A DNA stretch of 64,000 bases from the human T2T-CHM13v2.0 reference genome, Homo sapiens, in the NCBI RefSeq assembly GCF_009914755.1, contig NC_060947.1. One strand, written 5' to 3'. This document shows positions 1 through 13,591 of this stretch, piece by piece. How positions within the stretch are numbered: position 1 is the first letter of the stretch; each line of letters opens with the position of its first letter. Made by a program: the position numbers and the translations under genes. The notes under the pieces were generated by a model. The model did not search any database and was not told where the DNA came from. It saw only the letters and a list, made by a program, of their open reading frames with translations.

Positions 1-604
1 TTAAGCAGTATATCATGATTTTATACCCTGATTATTAGTGATTACAGTGAAGTATTGGGAAAAAACTGAGTATAGTGTACCAAGAAATTTGTAAGGACAA
101 AAACATGGGGACATTTTAAACTGCACAGGAAAATGTAAGTAGAGCAAATGTGTTTAATTCTCTCTTGACCTTCAAGTAGTTTGTGTAGGTAGTCAAAATT
201 GTACATATTCATATTCTGATTCTTTATTATTCTTGGATCATGCAATTCTTTGAAAAAGTTAATTAAAATTTCATAGCATCACTTGAACTCTAATAAATAG
301 TGTTACTACATTTGTTTTATTATGTGTGTCCATTGATTAAGGTGATTCTATCTCAAAAATTATGTGGTAGTTTATGAATTAGTAGTATATATTCAATGGG
401 AACACACGGCATTAGCTGGGGTACAAGATTACATCCAGAGGAATAATCTTAATTTTAAAACATTAAATTTCTTACTAGGAGAGAAATATCTGTCAAGTGA
501 AGTTATTTTATTGTGTTTTATGTAAACACCATAAAAGCTATTCTTGTTAATATTTCATGCTTTTCAACCATCTAGTTTTCCTTCTCTTTCTCTCTCACAA
601 GTAG

Positions 605-980
605 TGATATGGTTTGGCTGTGTCTGCACTGAAATCTCATCTTGAATTATAGTTCTCATAATCCCCACGTGTTGTGGAAGGGACCAGGTGGAGATAATTG
701 AATCATGGAGGCAGTTTCTCCCATCCTGTTCTCATGATAGTGAGTGAGTTCTCATGAGATCTGATGGCTTTATAAGGGGCTTCCCCCTTCACTGGCACTG
801 ATTCTTCTCCTTCCTGCTACCATGTGAAGAAGGATGTGGTTGCTTTCTCTTCTGCCATGATGGTAAGTTTCCTGAGACCTCCTTAGCCAAATGGAACTGT
901 GAATCAATTAAACCTCTTTCCTTTATAAATTACCCAGTCTTAGATATGTCATTATAGCAATGTGAGAATGGACTAATACT
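605..980 (+). repeat. THE1 5' LTR
   Basis: TGATATGGTTTGGCTGTGTC start, ATTAAA poly(A) signal near 906, GAGAATGGACTAATAC end. Confidence 0.93.
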
Positions 981-2576
981 ATAAACTGGTACCGCATAGT
1001 GGGGTGCTGATATAAAGATACCTAAAAATGTGGAAGTGACATTGGAACTGGGTAACGGGCAGAGGTTGGAACAGTTTGGAGGGCTCAGAAGAAGACAGAA
1101 AAATGGGGGGAAGTTTGGAACTTCCTAGAGACTTGGAGGGCTCAAAGGACAGGAAGATGTGGAAAAGTTTGGAACTTCCTGGAGACTTGTTGAATGGCTT
1201 TGACCAAAATGCTGATAGTGATATGGACAATAAAGTTCAGGCTGAGGTGGTCTCAGATGGAGATGAGGAACATGTTGGGAACTGGAGCAAAGGTGACTCT
1301 TCCTATGCTTTAGCAAAGAGACTGGCAGAATTTTGCCCTCTGCCCTAGAGATCTGTGGAACTTTTAATGTGAGAGAGATGATTTAGGGTATCTGGGGGAA
1401 AACATTTCTAAGTGCAAAGTGTTCAAGAGAAAGCAGAGCATAAACATTTGAAGAATGTGCAGCCTTACACTGCAATAGAAAAGAAAAACCCATTTTCTGG
1501 GGAGAAATTCAAGCCTGCTGCAGATATTTGCATAAGCAACAAGGAGCTGAATATTAATCACAAAGACAATGGGGAGAATGTCTCAAGGGCATGTCAGAGA
1601 CGTTTGCAGTGGCTCCTCCCATCACAAGCCAGGAGGCCTAGGAGGGAAAGATGGTTTCCTGGGTGGGGCCTAAGGCCCCTCTGCTGTGTGCAGCCTGAGG
1701 ACTTAGTGCCCTGCATCCCAGCCACTCCAGCCATAGCTATAAGGGGTCAAGGTACAGCTCAGGCCATGGCTTTCACAAGGCACAAGCCCCAAACCTTGGC
1801 AGCTTCAAAGTGGTGTTGAGCCTGTGGGTGCACAGAAGTCAAGTATTGAGGTTTGGGAACCTCCGCCTAGTTTTCAGAGGATGTATGGAAATGCTTGGTT
1901 GTCCAGGCAGAAGTTTGCTGCAGGCTTGGAGTCCTCATGGAGAACCTCTGCTAAGGCAGTGCAGAAGGGAAGTGTGGGTTTGGAGCCCCCACAGAGTCCC
2001 CACTTGGGCACTGCCCAGTTGAGTTGTGAGAAGAGGGCCACCGTCCTACAGACCCCAGAATGGCAGATCCACTGACAGCTTGCACTGTGTCCTTGGAAAG
2101 GCTGCAGACACTCAATGTCAGCCAATGAAAGCAGCCAGGAGGAGGGCTGTACCCTGCAAAGCCACAGGGGTGGAGCTGTCCAAGGCCATGGGAGCCCACC
2201 TCTTGCACCAGCATAACCTGGAGGTAAGACATTCAGTCAAAGGAGATCATTTTGGAACTTTAATGTTTAATGACTGCCATGTTGGATTTTGGACTTGCGC
2301 AGGGCCTGTAGCCCCTTCTTTTTGGCCAACTTCTCCCATTTAGAACAGATGTATTTACCCAATGGCTGTGTTCCCATTGTATCTAGGAAGTAACTAACTT
2401 GCTTTTGATTTTATGGCCTCTTAGGTGGAAAAGACTTGCCTTGTCTCAAATGAAACTTTGGACTTGGACTTTTGTGTTAATGCTGGAATGAGTTACAACT
2501 TTGCGGGATGGTTAGAAGGGCATGATTGTGTTTTGAGATATGAGGACATGAGATTTGGGAGTGGTCACGGGTGGAA

Positions 2577-2951
2577 TGATATGGTTTGGCTTTGTCCCCA
2601 CCCAAATCTCATCTTGAATTGTAGTTCCCATAATCCCCATGCACTGTGGGAGGGACCAGTTGGAGATAATTGAATCATGGGGGCGGTTTCCCCCATTCTG
2701 TTCTTGTGATAGTGAGTTAGTTCTCACCAGATCTGATGGTTTTATAAGGGGCTTCCCCCTTCACTGAGTGCTGATTCTTCTCCTTCCTGCTGCCTTGTAA
2801 AGAAGGACATGCTTGCTTCCCCTTCCTCCATGATTGTAAGTTTCCTGAGGCCTCTCAAGCCATGTGGAACTGTGAGTCAATTAACCTCTTTCCTTATAAA
2901 TTACCCAGTCTCAGGTCTGTCCTTACAGCAGCATGAGAATGGACTAATACA
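2577..2951 (+). repeat. THE1 3' LTR
   Basis: Colinear with the 5' LTR; ends GAGAATGGACTAATACA. Confidence 0.93.
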
Positions 2952-5324
2952 AACAGGTTATCTGTACTTATACAGACTAGCAAATTCTCTGAAGGATCCA
3001 GGGTTGAAAAAGGCACTAGTTCAGATTTAAATGGAACTGTCATTTGGAAAATACAAATGTGAACATCAATAAAATCATGGTGGCAATAGTTTAATAGCTT
3101 CTACATGGCCTTAGTTATAATCTGGCTATTTAAGAAAACAATGCTATGAGAATTTATTGACCAAGCCTGTTACAGAAGGATTGACAATTGCCAAATTTAT
3201 GAAGCAGTTTCATTTGACCCACTAAATTATGTCAGCATGTAGCAACCTGATTGATCAGAGTTCATCAAATAGTACTAAAAAACCAGAGTTTGGATTAGTG
3301 TACCTCAAATAATAAATATATTTGCATTGTATATTTTAGAAATAAAGCAGAAATAACAGCCCTCAGCTTTTCTCAGGGATTGCAATCTCTTTCTATTGAA
3401 CCCATATCCTATATTGCCTTACTTTTCAAGATTTTTTGTAGATGTTATTTCTCATAGTAAATAACAAGTGCCTTGAATGTGTGTGCTATCTTATCAATTT
3501 ACATCCTTCAGAGAACTACCTCAGAGCCTTGCACAAGGTGACAAAGAGCCTCAGTAAATAGTTTTTGAATGAATGTGACATCTTTTCCTCAGGAGCTTTC
3601 AAATATGTACACATATTTGAAGGTGTTCTCAGAACGTATGCTAATGACAGAGTTTTCTTATACACATACAAGTCATCTGCAACTGTTCAGACTGAATGAA
3701 CAGAATTTCCAAAAATTACTGAGTAGTTAGAGGGTAATCAAGTTACACTGAATCTCAACAAAACAATTAGAATTTCATTTGCTTATAGTCAGACTTGATA
3801 AAAAAAAAAGTACTTCTTAGAAATTAATGTTAATGATTCTTTAGTTTACTCTACTTTAAAACATTAGCTTAACAATCTATCTGGGTGTAAAACCAAAACC
3901 AAATTCAGTCATTCAAAGACCATTTAACAGGTCTAATTGGGGAAGTAGCATCAAAATAGATTTTTCCAGACTTGTTAGACAGTGTTTATCACACCAAGCA
4001 GCAGAGGACGCCTACAATGCATCAATTCTGTCCCTTTTTAACTATGGGAAGACAGTCTGAGTCAATGTTCAAACAAAAAGTTTTAAGCTAAACTGTAACA
4101 CTTTAGCAAACATTCAAGTAGGTGAGTTATGCCAAATAACAACTAAAAAAGAAAAATACTTTGCCACAACTTTGCTGAAATGAATCTATTTCATCTTAGA
4201 ATGAAGACAATGGTTCAAAAATTCCTGGACATAGTTGAGAAAATTAATAAGAAAATTGATTTTCTAATTGTCTTCTCATCTACAGTGACTTGTATATCAT
4301 AATTATCTCAATATTTTAGTTATAGCTGAATTTAAAAATAGTGGTTTGAGTTATTGAAAAACGCCTGTGCTGTATGTGCAATTCAGCTCATTAGACTGAC
4401 ATTGGGATTTTCTTTGAGATGGAATTCTTTCTAAGCTGGCAATTTGATGCCAAGTTTTAGCCAGATACAATTTAGAATGGTTGTGAAATAGCTCAGAGGG
4501 AGAAAAAGAAATGCTGATAATGAAAATACTGACAAACTTTAAGCACAGAAAGCTGTCCAATGCTGCCCACTAAAATGTAAATCTCCAAGTACAGAAAGAC
4601 TGATTTCATAATATAAATGACTGTAATGAAAGATTCACTTGATACTTAAAAAAAGAAAGAAAAAACTACTGCATGCACTATAAATGTTGTTAGTAAATAA
4701 ATTGTTAATGTATTAGAATACTCATTTCAAGTTTAAAATATTTGAAAAGCCCTATCTGTACTTTTTGGTATGTTCTCTGGAATAACTCCCAGATTTTCTT
4801 TTATAAATAATGTGTGATTTTCTGCATGATGGAGTTGACTAGTTTCAATTGGCTTGTTCAGTATTTCTGTGGTTGATTGTGACTTGTTCTTCAATGAAAT
4901 ATTCTTAAGCATTAACTTCTATGGAAAAGGAGCATCGCCAAAAATGATTTTAAAAGCTAATGCAACGCTTTCTATTTACATTATAGGCAGCATCAATGAT
5001 GAGTGCAATATTTAATTCCCAGGGTAAAGTTATCTTGAAATCAAAAGATGGAATGATGAGATCAAGGATGTTCTGAGATGTTAATGTGGTTAGTGTTGTC
5101 AACAGTCTTGTCAAATGAGAGAGATAATTCACTCTGCTCTGCTTCCCACATAGAATACTGCTTTTACTATTGTCAGATTTCAAGTGTCAAGGCAGTTCTT
5201 CAATTCTTCCTTCTTAGATTGCACTCAAGCCATTCTAACTTCTTAGTATCAAAGTGTAATAGTTTGTCATTTACATAAAATTTTATATGGGCAAGAACAA
5301 TATAAATAAGGAGTGCTCAATAAC

Positions 5325-5450
5325 GCAGTGAAAATAGCATACACAGGCTTCCAGTCTATACAGACCTGAGTTCAAATCCTAGCTTAGACTCTTTCTAGCT
5401 AGCTATGTGTTTATAGGCAAATAATTTAGCTCCTTTGAGCCTTTGTTTCT
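5325..5450 (+). mobile_element. MIR SINE fragment
   Basis: CAGACCTGAGTTCAAATCCTAGC...GCTATGTG...GGCAAATAATTTAGCTCCTTTGAGCCT matches the MIR B-box and core. Confidence 0.7.
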
Positions 5451-6060
5451 GCTGCTGAGCCAAACTTGGGTCTATTTACCCAGTGTGCAAAAAAAGCTAA
5501 ACACTGACACCAAGATTTGCAGTCAGAGAAAGTGAGGTATTTATTGCAAGACAACAAGCAAGAAAAATTGGAAAGCTAATGCTTAATACCCAAACTCCCT
5601 GATGTCTTACAAGCAAAGGTTTTGAAAGGCAGGGGTACATTTCAGGGAAGCAGAAGTTAGAGGCAAAATTATAAATTAATACATAGAGGGTATACATTGG
5701 TTTCTCCCAAAAAGGTGGGATATCTTGAAGTGGGAGCTTACAGGTTATAGGTGGATTCAGAGACTCTATGATTTGCAATTTGTTAAGGAAGGAAGGCTTT
5801 GTGTAAAAACTTGGGGTTAGAAGAAAGGAATGTTAAGGTTTCGCCTGGCCTGTAGGCATGATTCGCCAGGCCCTGCAGGAAGAAATTTAGAAAAAGAGCT
5901 TCTGTCAGTGTTCAGTCCTCAGTTCCTTCTTATCTTAGGGCTACATGATAGTGGTCAGTGTTTTCCATCTGGTGAAGGTCCAGGTTTCTGAAAAACAAAT
6001 CAAGAACACATGTTCAGATGTTATTTTTTTGGTTTATGTGGGGAAGCAAAACACCAAGTC
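5451..6060 (-). mobile_element. ERV1 MER4-group solo LTR (MER31/MER57/MER67-like; subfamily uncertain)
   Basis: AAACACTGACACCAAGATTTGCAG...TTTATTGCA...GGGAGCTTACAGGTTATAGGTGGATTCAGAGA motifs are typical of reverse-oriented MER4-group LTRs. Confidence 0.7.
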
Positions 6061-6089
6061 CTTCATTTTCCTATGAAGGACCATCACCT

Positions 6090-6591
6090 TTCAGTTCTTC
6101 TAATCCATGTGATTAAAGTTGAGCCCTTGGTCTCAAAAGTAGGAGCATGACCCAGATCTGATCATCCTCACAGACGTTTGTTCATCTACATGAACATGAC
6201 CCAGAGCAAATAAGAATGAGCTCTAGTATTTTTATTGAGCCACTTCTTTATGTTAGGGTTGCTAGCTTATTGATATACCACTGGGGCTGTTGTCATGACA
6301 TGGGGGGAGTCTGCCTGCATAGACAAAAGACACAACAATGCAAAGCATGTAAAGCAAGTACAGATAAAAAGCTGAGCCAAGAGATTAGAAAAATCATGTC
6401 TTGATGAAAAGGTTTAAGCTGCTGGATTTATTCCTTCTTGTTCCTAGATACTCTGACATTTCAGTTTATGAGTCAAAATTCTTTAAAATGGATTATTATC
6501 ATCAGCATTACCATCATCATCATCATTATTAATCACTTAAGCCAACTTCAGACCGGTCTCTGTGACTTGTAAGCAAAAGTATTCTAACACA
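6090..6591 (+). mobile_element. Old MLT1 (J/K/L-like) LTR, degraded
   Basis: CATGACCCAG motifs, GACATTTCAGTT...TTAAGCCA...GTGACTTGTAAGCAAAAGTATTCTAACACA resembles the MLT1 3' end. Confidence 0.55.
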
Positions 6592-8777
6592 GTTGTTTTC
6601 TCCATAGAGTACCTCCCTAACTACACCTAGAAACATAACTGGTAGCTAGTATTATTTTCAAATCCCCAACAAGCAATTAATGGACACTTTCTGAAGTGTC
6701 ATCAAAAATAATAATAATGTAACAAGCAGATGATTAAAAAAACCTCACCACACTAAAAATCAACATGTTTCACCACCATTCCTGAAAACCTCGTTTAATA
6801 ACCCACATTATTGAAAATTTAGAGAGAAAAATAGCTCTATGATAGTGTTGGGCTGGATCATCTATTTCTTGTCTGATTTGAAATTGTGACACTTTAAGTA
6901 TTTGAGTTCATGACTTTCAATAACTGTGCTCTGTAGCATATTTTTGGTGATTTGGAATGAATTAAAGGTAATTTTGTTTTGAGAATTTTTGACAGCCTCT
7001 GACATTCTTGGAGACAACTTCAGTTGTTAACACAACTAGCATTTGGAATCATGGCCTTAGGGTCCCTTTACGCAATGGAAATTCAACTGGCAAAAAGAAA
7101 AATAAAAATCTGTCAAATGGTTTTTGGATTAAAAAAAAAGTATCTTATTCTTGGGATTTTTTTTTTAAACCACTGAGTTTACTAGATGTTTGATTGAGCT
7201 AACTAACCTAGCCTATGGTTTTGGAATTACATAGAAATGCCTTAGTTAAATCCACTATAAGGAAGATCATGTTTTTCCTTATCCAGTTACAAGAAACCAA
7301 GTTCATAGAGGCCAAGTGTAAAAATTTCAGTCTTGCCCAGCTTGTTTCCCAGACTGAAAAACTACACCGAGTATAGATATACACTGACCTGCCGAGATTA
7401 GAATTATTTTATAGTTCCTCATTGCTTTGCATATTTTGAGTATTGTTACTTTCTGATACAAGCAAATTGGCTTAAGAAACTAAGCCTTATTTCTCCAAGA
7501 AATAATTGCAGCTCTCTATCAGGTGGTATAGGTCTACTTTTGGGGATTATAATAGCTAGTGCTCTATTCCTAACAATGATTCTAATATTTATGAACCCAT
7601 GGAATTTTTACTTTTCGAATGACTAAGTGACAAAATAGGGAAAAATTCAACTACCGCATCCACAAACAGTTCATTATTAAACTGTTATTGAGTGCCATTA
7701 GTGGAGGAGCTAGCACTGTGGGAGGTTTGATGCTTTCCAACTGGCAATTCTCAAGCAACCATAGATGAATCAGACACTTTAACCTGTAAGAAATAGATTT
7801 CTCAGGGAATGGATATATTTTGGTCAATAACCATTTAAACTTTAAACTATTTTCTTAGATTTCTTTTTTGCTTTTGTCTTGAAAAGAGGAAGTCTCTAAT
7901 AGAAATGTTCCTTCCCAGTGGAAACTAATAGTAAAAAATATATATCCCTCACATTTCAATTTTTAAAATCTTATTATGCTTTGTTCTGCATGTACCTCAA
8001 AGTGACAGTCTCCTGTGGTCCTAATCACAGGAGCCTGGCACAAAAGATAACACAGCTTGGTGCTACTGAAGGATGACGGCCAAAACATTTTGTCCAAACT
8101 CCTACTGGCACTAGATTCCATAAGCAGAAAGCCTGCCCTCTGGCCCTAGTTTGGCTAAAGCTTAGCAACTAAACATGTAGCCACCATTGTTTTTTTCTTT
8201 TCTCCAAAGGCAGCCTTGTTATCTTAAGTCAAAGATATAATTTTCAAATATAAATGATTCATTTTTCATACTACCTTGTAGGCTGAAACAATTATCAATA
8301 GAAAGGGAGAGGAGAAAGGAGAGCATATAGCCTAAGAAAGGTGATGAGAGCCAGGGAGAAGCCAAATATGGAAAGTCAGGACCAGAGACCTATCAGGTAA
8401 GCAACTGTGGAATTGCTTTGGCAAGTTGTAATAGAGAAAGTAAATTTCTAGGATGTAGACAATGGAATGAACAGAAGTGGTAGAGAGAATGGGAGAGAAG
8501 GGGGAAGAGGAGGAGGAAAAGGCATGAAAGGAGCTTGAACAGGATTATAACTTGCCAGTGAGGATCATTTTACGAAGTATACCAGAGGAATTTTAAGCTG
8601 CCGATGTGTTCTTCCCTACAAGAGAATGTCTGAACAACTCATGCTTAAATTTACTGGTGAAGTCTATTTATTTAACCAGTTATTCATTGTATTCTTTAGT
8701 TAAGTCACACTTTTCTTCATGTCTCATTTTAATTCCATATTGCTTTTGAAGTTTTTGTGTCTTTAAATCACAAACGA

Positions 8778-9099
<322 letters not shown>

Positions 9100-10229
9100 T
9101 TACAACTATTACCTTCTCCACTTTTCTGTTTTAAATTTTACAACTTGGTAAATGTGGCTATATGTATATGCATGTATAAATGTGTGTGTGTGTGTGTCAG
9201 TTTTCCAAGCACAGAAAAAACCTTTTGCTATGCTCTCAGCTCGAGATGTTTTATACTCTTCACTCTATACTGCTGTTGTGGCAATTCTTCCAACTTCATA
9301 ATACACTGTTTAAAGAAATGAAAGTGGACAGTTTGAGGCTTTGATTCACAGCAGAGATTTTTAAAAATCTTTTATATTTTACAAGGCAAAGGGCCCTTTT
9401 GAAGGGCTGATAGAGGTGGGAGAGAAGAAAGGCCTGAGAAAGAAAGCGTTTGGGTTATAATGGACAAGAAGTATAGCAGTCAGAAAAGTCAGCATGGCAC
9501 TGCCTTGCTGCTACCTTCCTTTCGTATGTGAAATGGCCATTAGCACCATCGGGGAAAAATGCTATTAATAGCTTTTGTGACAAGGATCTTTAGAAGGAAA
9601 ATGTCATTAGATTGAAAAAATATGAGGGAAAACACCTGTGTAAACAAATCATATAATTTCTTAATACAGTTGCTGGATCCAGATGTTTATATTCTATGAG
9701 CCCATTGATACAATGTTTCATAGAAAAGGTGTGAGGAAGGGAGAAGAGCTGTTCTGGTAAATAGAAGCATCTGCATTGGCTTGAAACATCTAACTGCTTT
9801 TGAAACATTGGCAAGACCATATTTACAGGGGCTTCAGTGGATCTTGTGTTTTTGGAAAAGGTACAGGAGAACGAAAAAGGAATGCCATCAACAAGTGAGA
9901 AAATAACTGTAAAACATCCTGAGGGAAACTTTTGCTCATGACAAGAAGAATGTACGTTCATTTATTACTGATATTCAGGCAATCTCTGAGATAGAGCACA
10001 TGTGTGACAATGGCCTTGATACACAAAAGGATTCTGAGACACTTCCTCCTCATCAAATCATAACCCAGGTACACTGCCAGCCAGGTCATAGCAGGGAGCT
10101 CTCTTATTACAGTGTGGATAGTGCTTGGATTACCTTAGAAAAAAAGTAGAATGGCAAATAATTGACTTTGGCAGACCCAGTATGGTAATGTGAGTTAGAA
10201 AGAGGAGATTTGTGCCTAATTTTCATTTG

Positions 10230-12910
10230 CATTTGTTTTTTTATTACAAAATCACACACGATTTTTCAAGTCAAACAATACAGAAATATAAACAATTAAA
10301 AGTAGATTCTCCTTTTTCCTCACACATATTAAGAAACAAGTACCAATAAAATTTTAATGTGCATCATTTAGCACTTTTGTAAAGTGCTAAAAGCACATGT
10401 GTGTAAAAACACACACATCAATGTATATATATAATATATATACATTATAACATTTCTTCTCACAAAAAATGGAATTATAGAAAAGAACTTCTCTGCAACC
10501 TTTTTTCAGTAAACACATCAAAGATAAACTTCTATGTTAAAACATACAAATGTCCCACATTATTTGTAATGGATGCAAAGCACTTCAATTCATATGTACT
10601 ATAGTTTATTTATTTACTCTCTGGATATGAACATTTTGGTGGTTTCCAGTCTTTTGCTATTAAAGATAATGCTACAATGAACATCTTCTGACAGATGCCT
10701 TTACATAGTTATGCAATAATTTTTGTATACTAGAGGCTTGGTATTAATCATTATGTTTAACAGGTTTTATTTGATATGATTAAAATAACTATAACATATA
10801 TGCGAAATATGAAGCCAAATAATAAAATTAAGAAGCATGGATCCATCATTCTACTCAAAAAGTAAGTCATTATGATTCCTTTGTTATTTCCATATACTCT
10901 ATCCCTCTCTCATTCTCCTGCCTCCACTGCCTGCAACCTACTTAATTTGCTGAATTTTTGCATTTTGCTTTTTAAAAGGGTTTTCTTTTATTCCTGAACA
11001 CATAGTGTATTTGATCTACATGTTTTTGACCTTTATAAACATCATATTTTTTTGTATGTAATCTGAAATTTCTTTTTCTGTCAATATTATATTGAGTTTA
11101 TCTACATTATTGTGTGTAGTTATGGTTCATTCATTTTTCCTCTTATAAATTATTGCAATTTGTAACTGTCCTACAATTTAATAGTCCATTCTCCTGTATT
11201 GCTGGATCACATAATATATGCATGTTCAAATGTCCAAGACACTACAAAATTGTTTTCCAGAATGATTGTAGAAATTTAAACGTTCATAAAAATAGTATTA
11301 GAAAAGAAGAATTATGATTGTTTTACATATTGATATCATCACATGAATTTTATCAGATTTACTAGTTTTTGCCAACTTTGAGGTTCTATATCATTTTGCT
11401 AGTAATTTGAATCTCCTTTATTCCAAATGAGGTTGAACACTTTTTGATATGTTCATACTTTTTTTTCCTTTATGTGAAATAGTTATTCATGCTTCTGACA
11501 AGTTTTCTATTGTTTGTCTTTATCTTATTGATTTGTGAGAGTTCTTTATGTATTCTAGATAACAAAATTTTGTCTATTTTATGTATTTCAAATATCTTCT
11601 CTTAGTTTTTAGTTTGTCTTCCTACTTTTTTATTTTGTCTTCATGAACATTCTTATTTTAATATAATTAAATTTGCTCATCTTCTATTTTATGCTTAGCA
11701 ATTAGTGTGTCTCAAAAAAAATTTTCCTTACTTTGAGAACATAAAACTATTCTTCCATAAACTTCCAGGTTTTGCCTTTCACATTTAAATCATTTATCAA
11801 AATTTTTTGGGGAGGTCGGTGAGATAAATGTACAATTTCTTTCTTTTTTACATACTGCCAACTTTATCAGTACAATGTATGACATTGATCAGCCCTCTCC
11901 CAGCTAATCTTCAATGACACCTCAGGCATATTGTTGCCACATGCATCAGAGTATGGCCCAAAAAATGGCCACAGGAACAGAGCCCATGTAACATGCTCTT
12001 TTTACAATGTTACATGATACTCTTCCATAAAGAGTTGAAGCCTGTTTCCTCCTCTTGAATCTGGTCATGCCAGTGATTACAATGGAGTAACTGCATGACT
12101 TCTTAGGCTAGGGCATAATTGGTGATGCAGCTCCTTGTCTGGCTATCTCTCAGAACATATGCTTTTTGAACCTTAAGACACCATGGAAGAATTCTGGCTA
12201 CACCGAAGGCACTATACCGAAGAAACTACGTGAAAATAAAGAGAAGTATCTAAGGTACCACAAATATTCCAATCCCCAGTTGTTTGAGTCCTCCCATCCC
12301 AGGCACCAAAGGTTTTAGATTACCCCTGCTTTTGCTACCATCTCACTGCAACTTAATGAGATCCTGTGAGAGAGAGTAAATTGTTGTTGATTCAAGCCAC
12401 CAAATTTGACAATGATTTTTTTTTTTTTTACACAGCATTAGATAAACAGAACACAATGTCTCCTTCTAGAATCTCTACTTGTTCCATTGGTCAATTTGTT
12501 TATTACTTCTTTGTGGTTCAGTTTTTAAATTTTTAAAATGGAGAAAATGAACACTATTCTCATAAGGTTGTTGTAAAGATTAAAACCATTAATATGTAGT
12601 GTTAGGTATTACTACTGGCATGACTACTACTAATGATTATGATTATTTTGGAGCCAATGTCATATTTTCATAATTTTCATATCATTATAATAATTTTTGA
12701 TATCTGGTAAAGCAATTTCTCACACTGTCTCCTCCTCCACTTCCTCTTTCACATTTCTTTTGAATCTTCCTGGGCGCTTCTTCTTTCTTATGAATTTTGG
12801 AATTGTTTGTGAGCTTCCTCAAAATAATATGTTAGGATTTTAATTGCATTTTCATTGGCATTATTAATCAATTTGGAAAGAATTATTATACTTAAGATTT
12901 TAGTCTTCCT
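10230..12910 (-). mobile_element. Old L1M (L1ME/L1MC-like) fragments, interrupted by MLT1 and MIR
   Basis: Reverse L1 3'/ORF2 motifs such as GGTTTCCAGTCTTTTGCTATT..AATGCTACAATGAACATC and TTATTGATTTGTGAGAGTTCTTTATGTATTCTAGAT. Probably more than one element. Confidence 0.7.
11945..12453 (+). mobile_element. MLT1 (F/G/H-like) solo LTR
   Basis: AAAATGGCCACA start region, CCTCTTGAATCTGG, GACTTCTTAGGCTAGGGCATAA, and end ACACAGCATTAGATAAACAGAACA. Confidence 0.7.
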
Positions 12911-12945
12911 AGAATTGTAAACCTAGCAAAGTAACATTTCAAGAA

Positions 12946-13131
12946 TAGGGGTCAGAAAAGTTTTTCTGTAAAGGGCCAGATAGTAAATATTTTAAACTTT
13001 TAGGATCACATAGTCTCCATCACAACTACTCAACTCTGCCTTTGTTGAGCAAAAACAGCCATAGATAGTACATAATTTAATGGATGTGGTGAGCCAGATT
13101 TGGCCCACAGGCCATAGTTAGCTGACTTCTG
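12946..13131 (+). mobile_element. MER58A (hAT-Charlie MITE), internally deleted
   Basis: AGGGGTCAG..TTTTTCTGTAAAGGGCCAGATAGTAAATATTTT...GATTTGGCCCACAGGCCATAGTTAGCTGACTTCTG; both TIRs visible. Confidence 0.85.
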
Positions 13132-13147
13132 GTCAAAAAGAGGGTAA

Positions 13148-13591
<444 letters not shown>

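Larger units (their letters stand above)
605..2951 (+). mobile_element. Full-length THE1 (THE1C/THE1D-like) MaLR LTR retrotransposon: LTR-internal-LTR
   Basis: Two direct LTRs of about 375 bp (605-980, 2577-2951) begin TGATATGGTTTGGCT and end GGACTAATAC(T/A). They flank about 1.6 kb of typical THE1-int. ORFs 1076-2343 are fragments of the decayed MaLR internal ORF. The 5-bp flanks AGTAG/AACAG may be a decayed TSD. Confidence 0.95.

Noticed and set aside
1076-1186. Tandem duplication of about 55 bp in THE1-int
   Set aside because: As I recall, this duplication is a feature of the THE1C/D internal consensus rather than locus-specific; needs a Dfam alignment to confirm.
1076-2343. Overlapping ORFs of 70-135 aa
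   Set aside because: Fragments of the decayed THE1 internal ORF, broken by stops and frameshifts; not a host gene.
9590-9961. 123-aa ORF in non-repeat DNA
   Set aside because: No recognisable homology or exon structure; length is within chance expectation.
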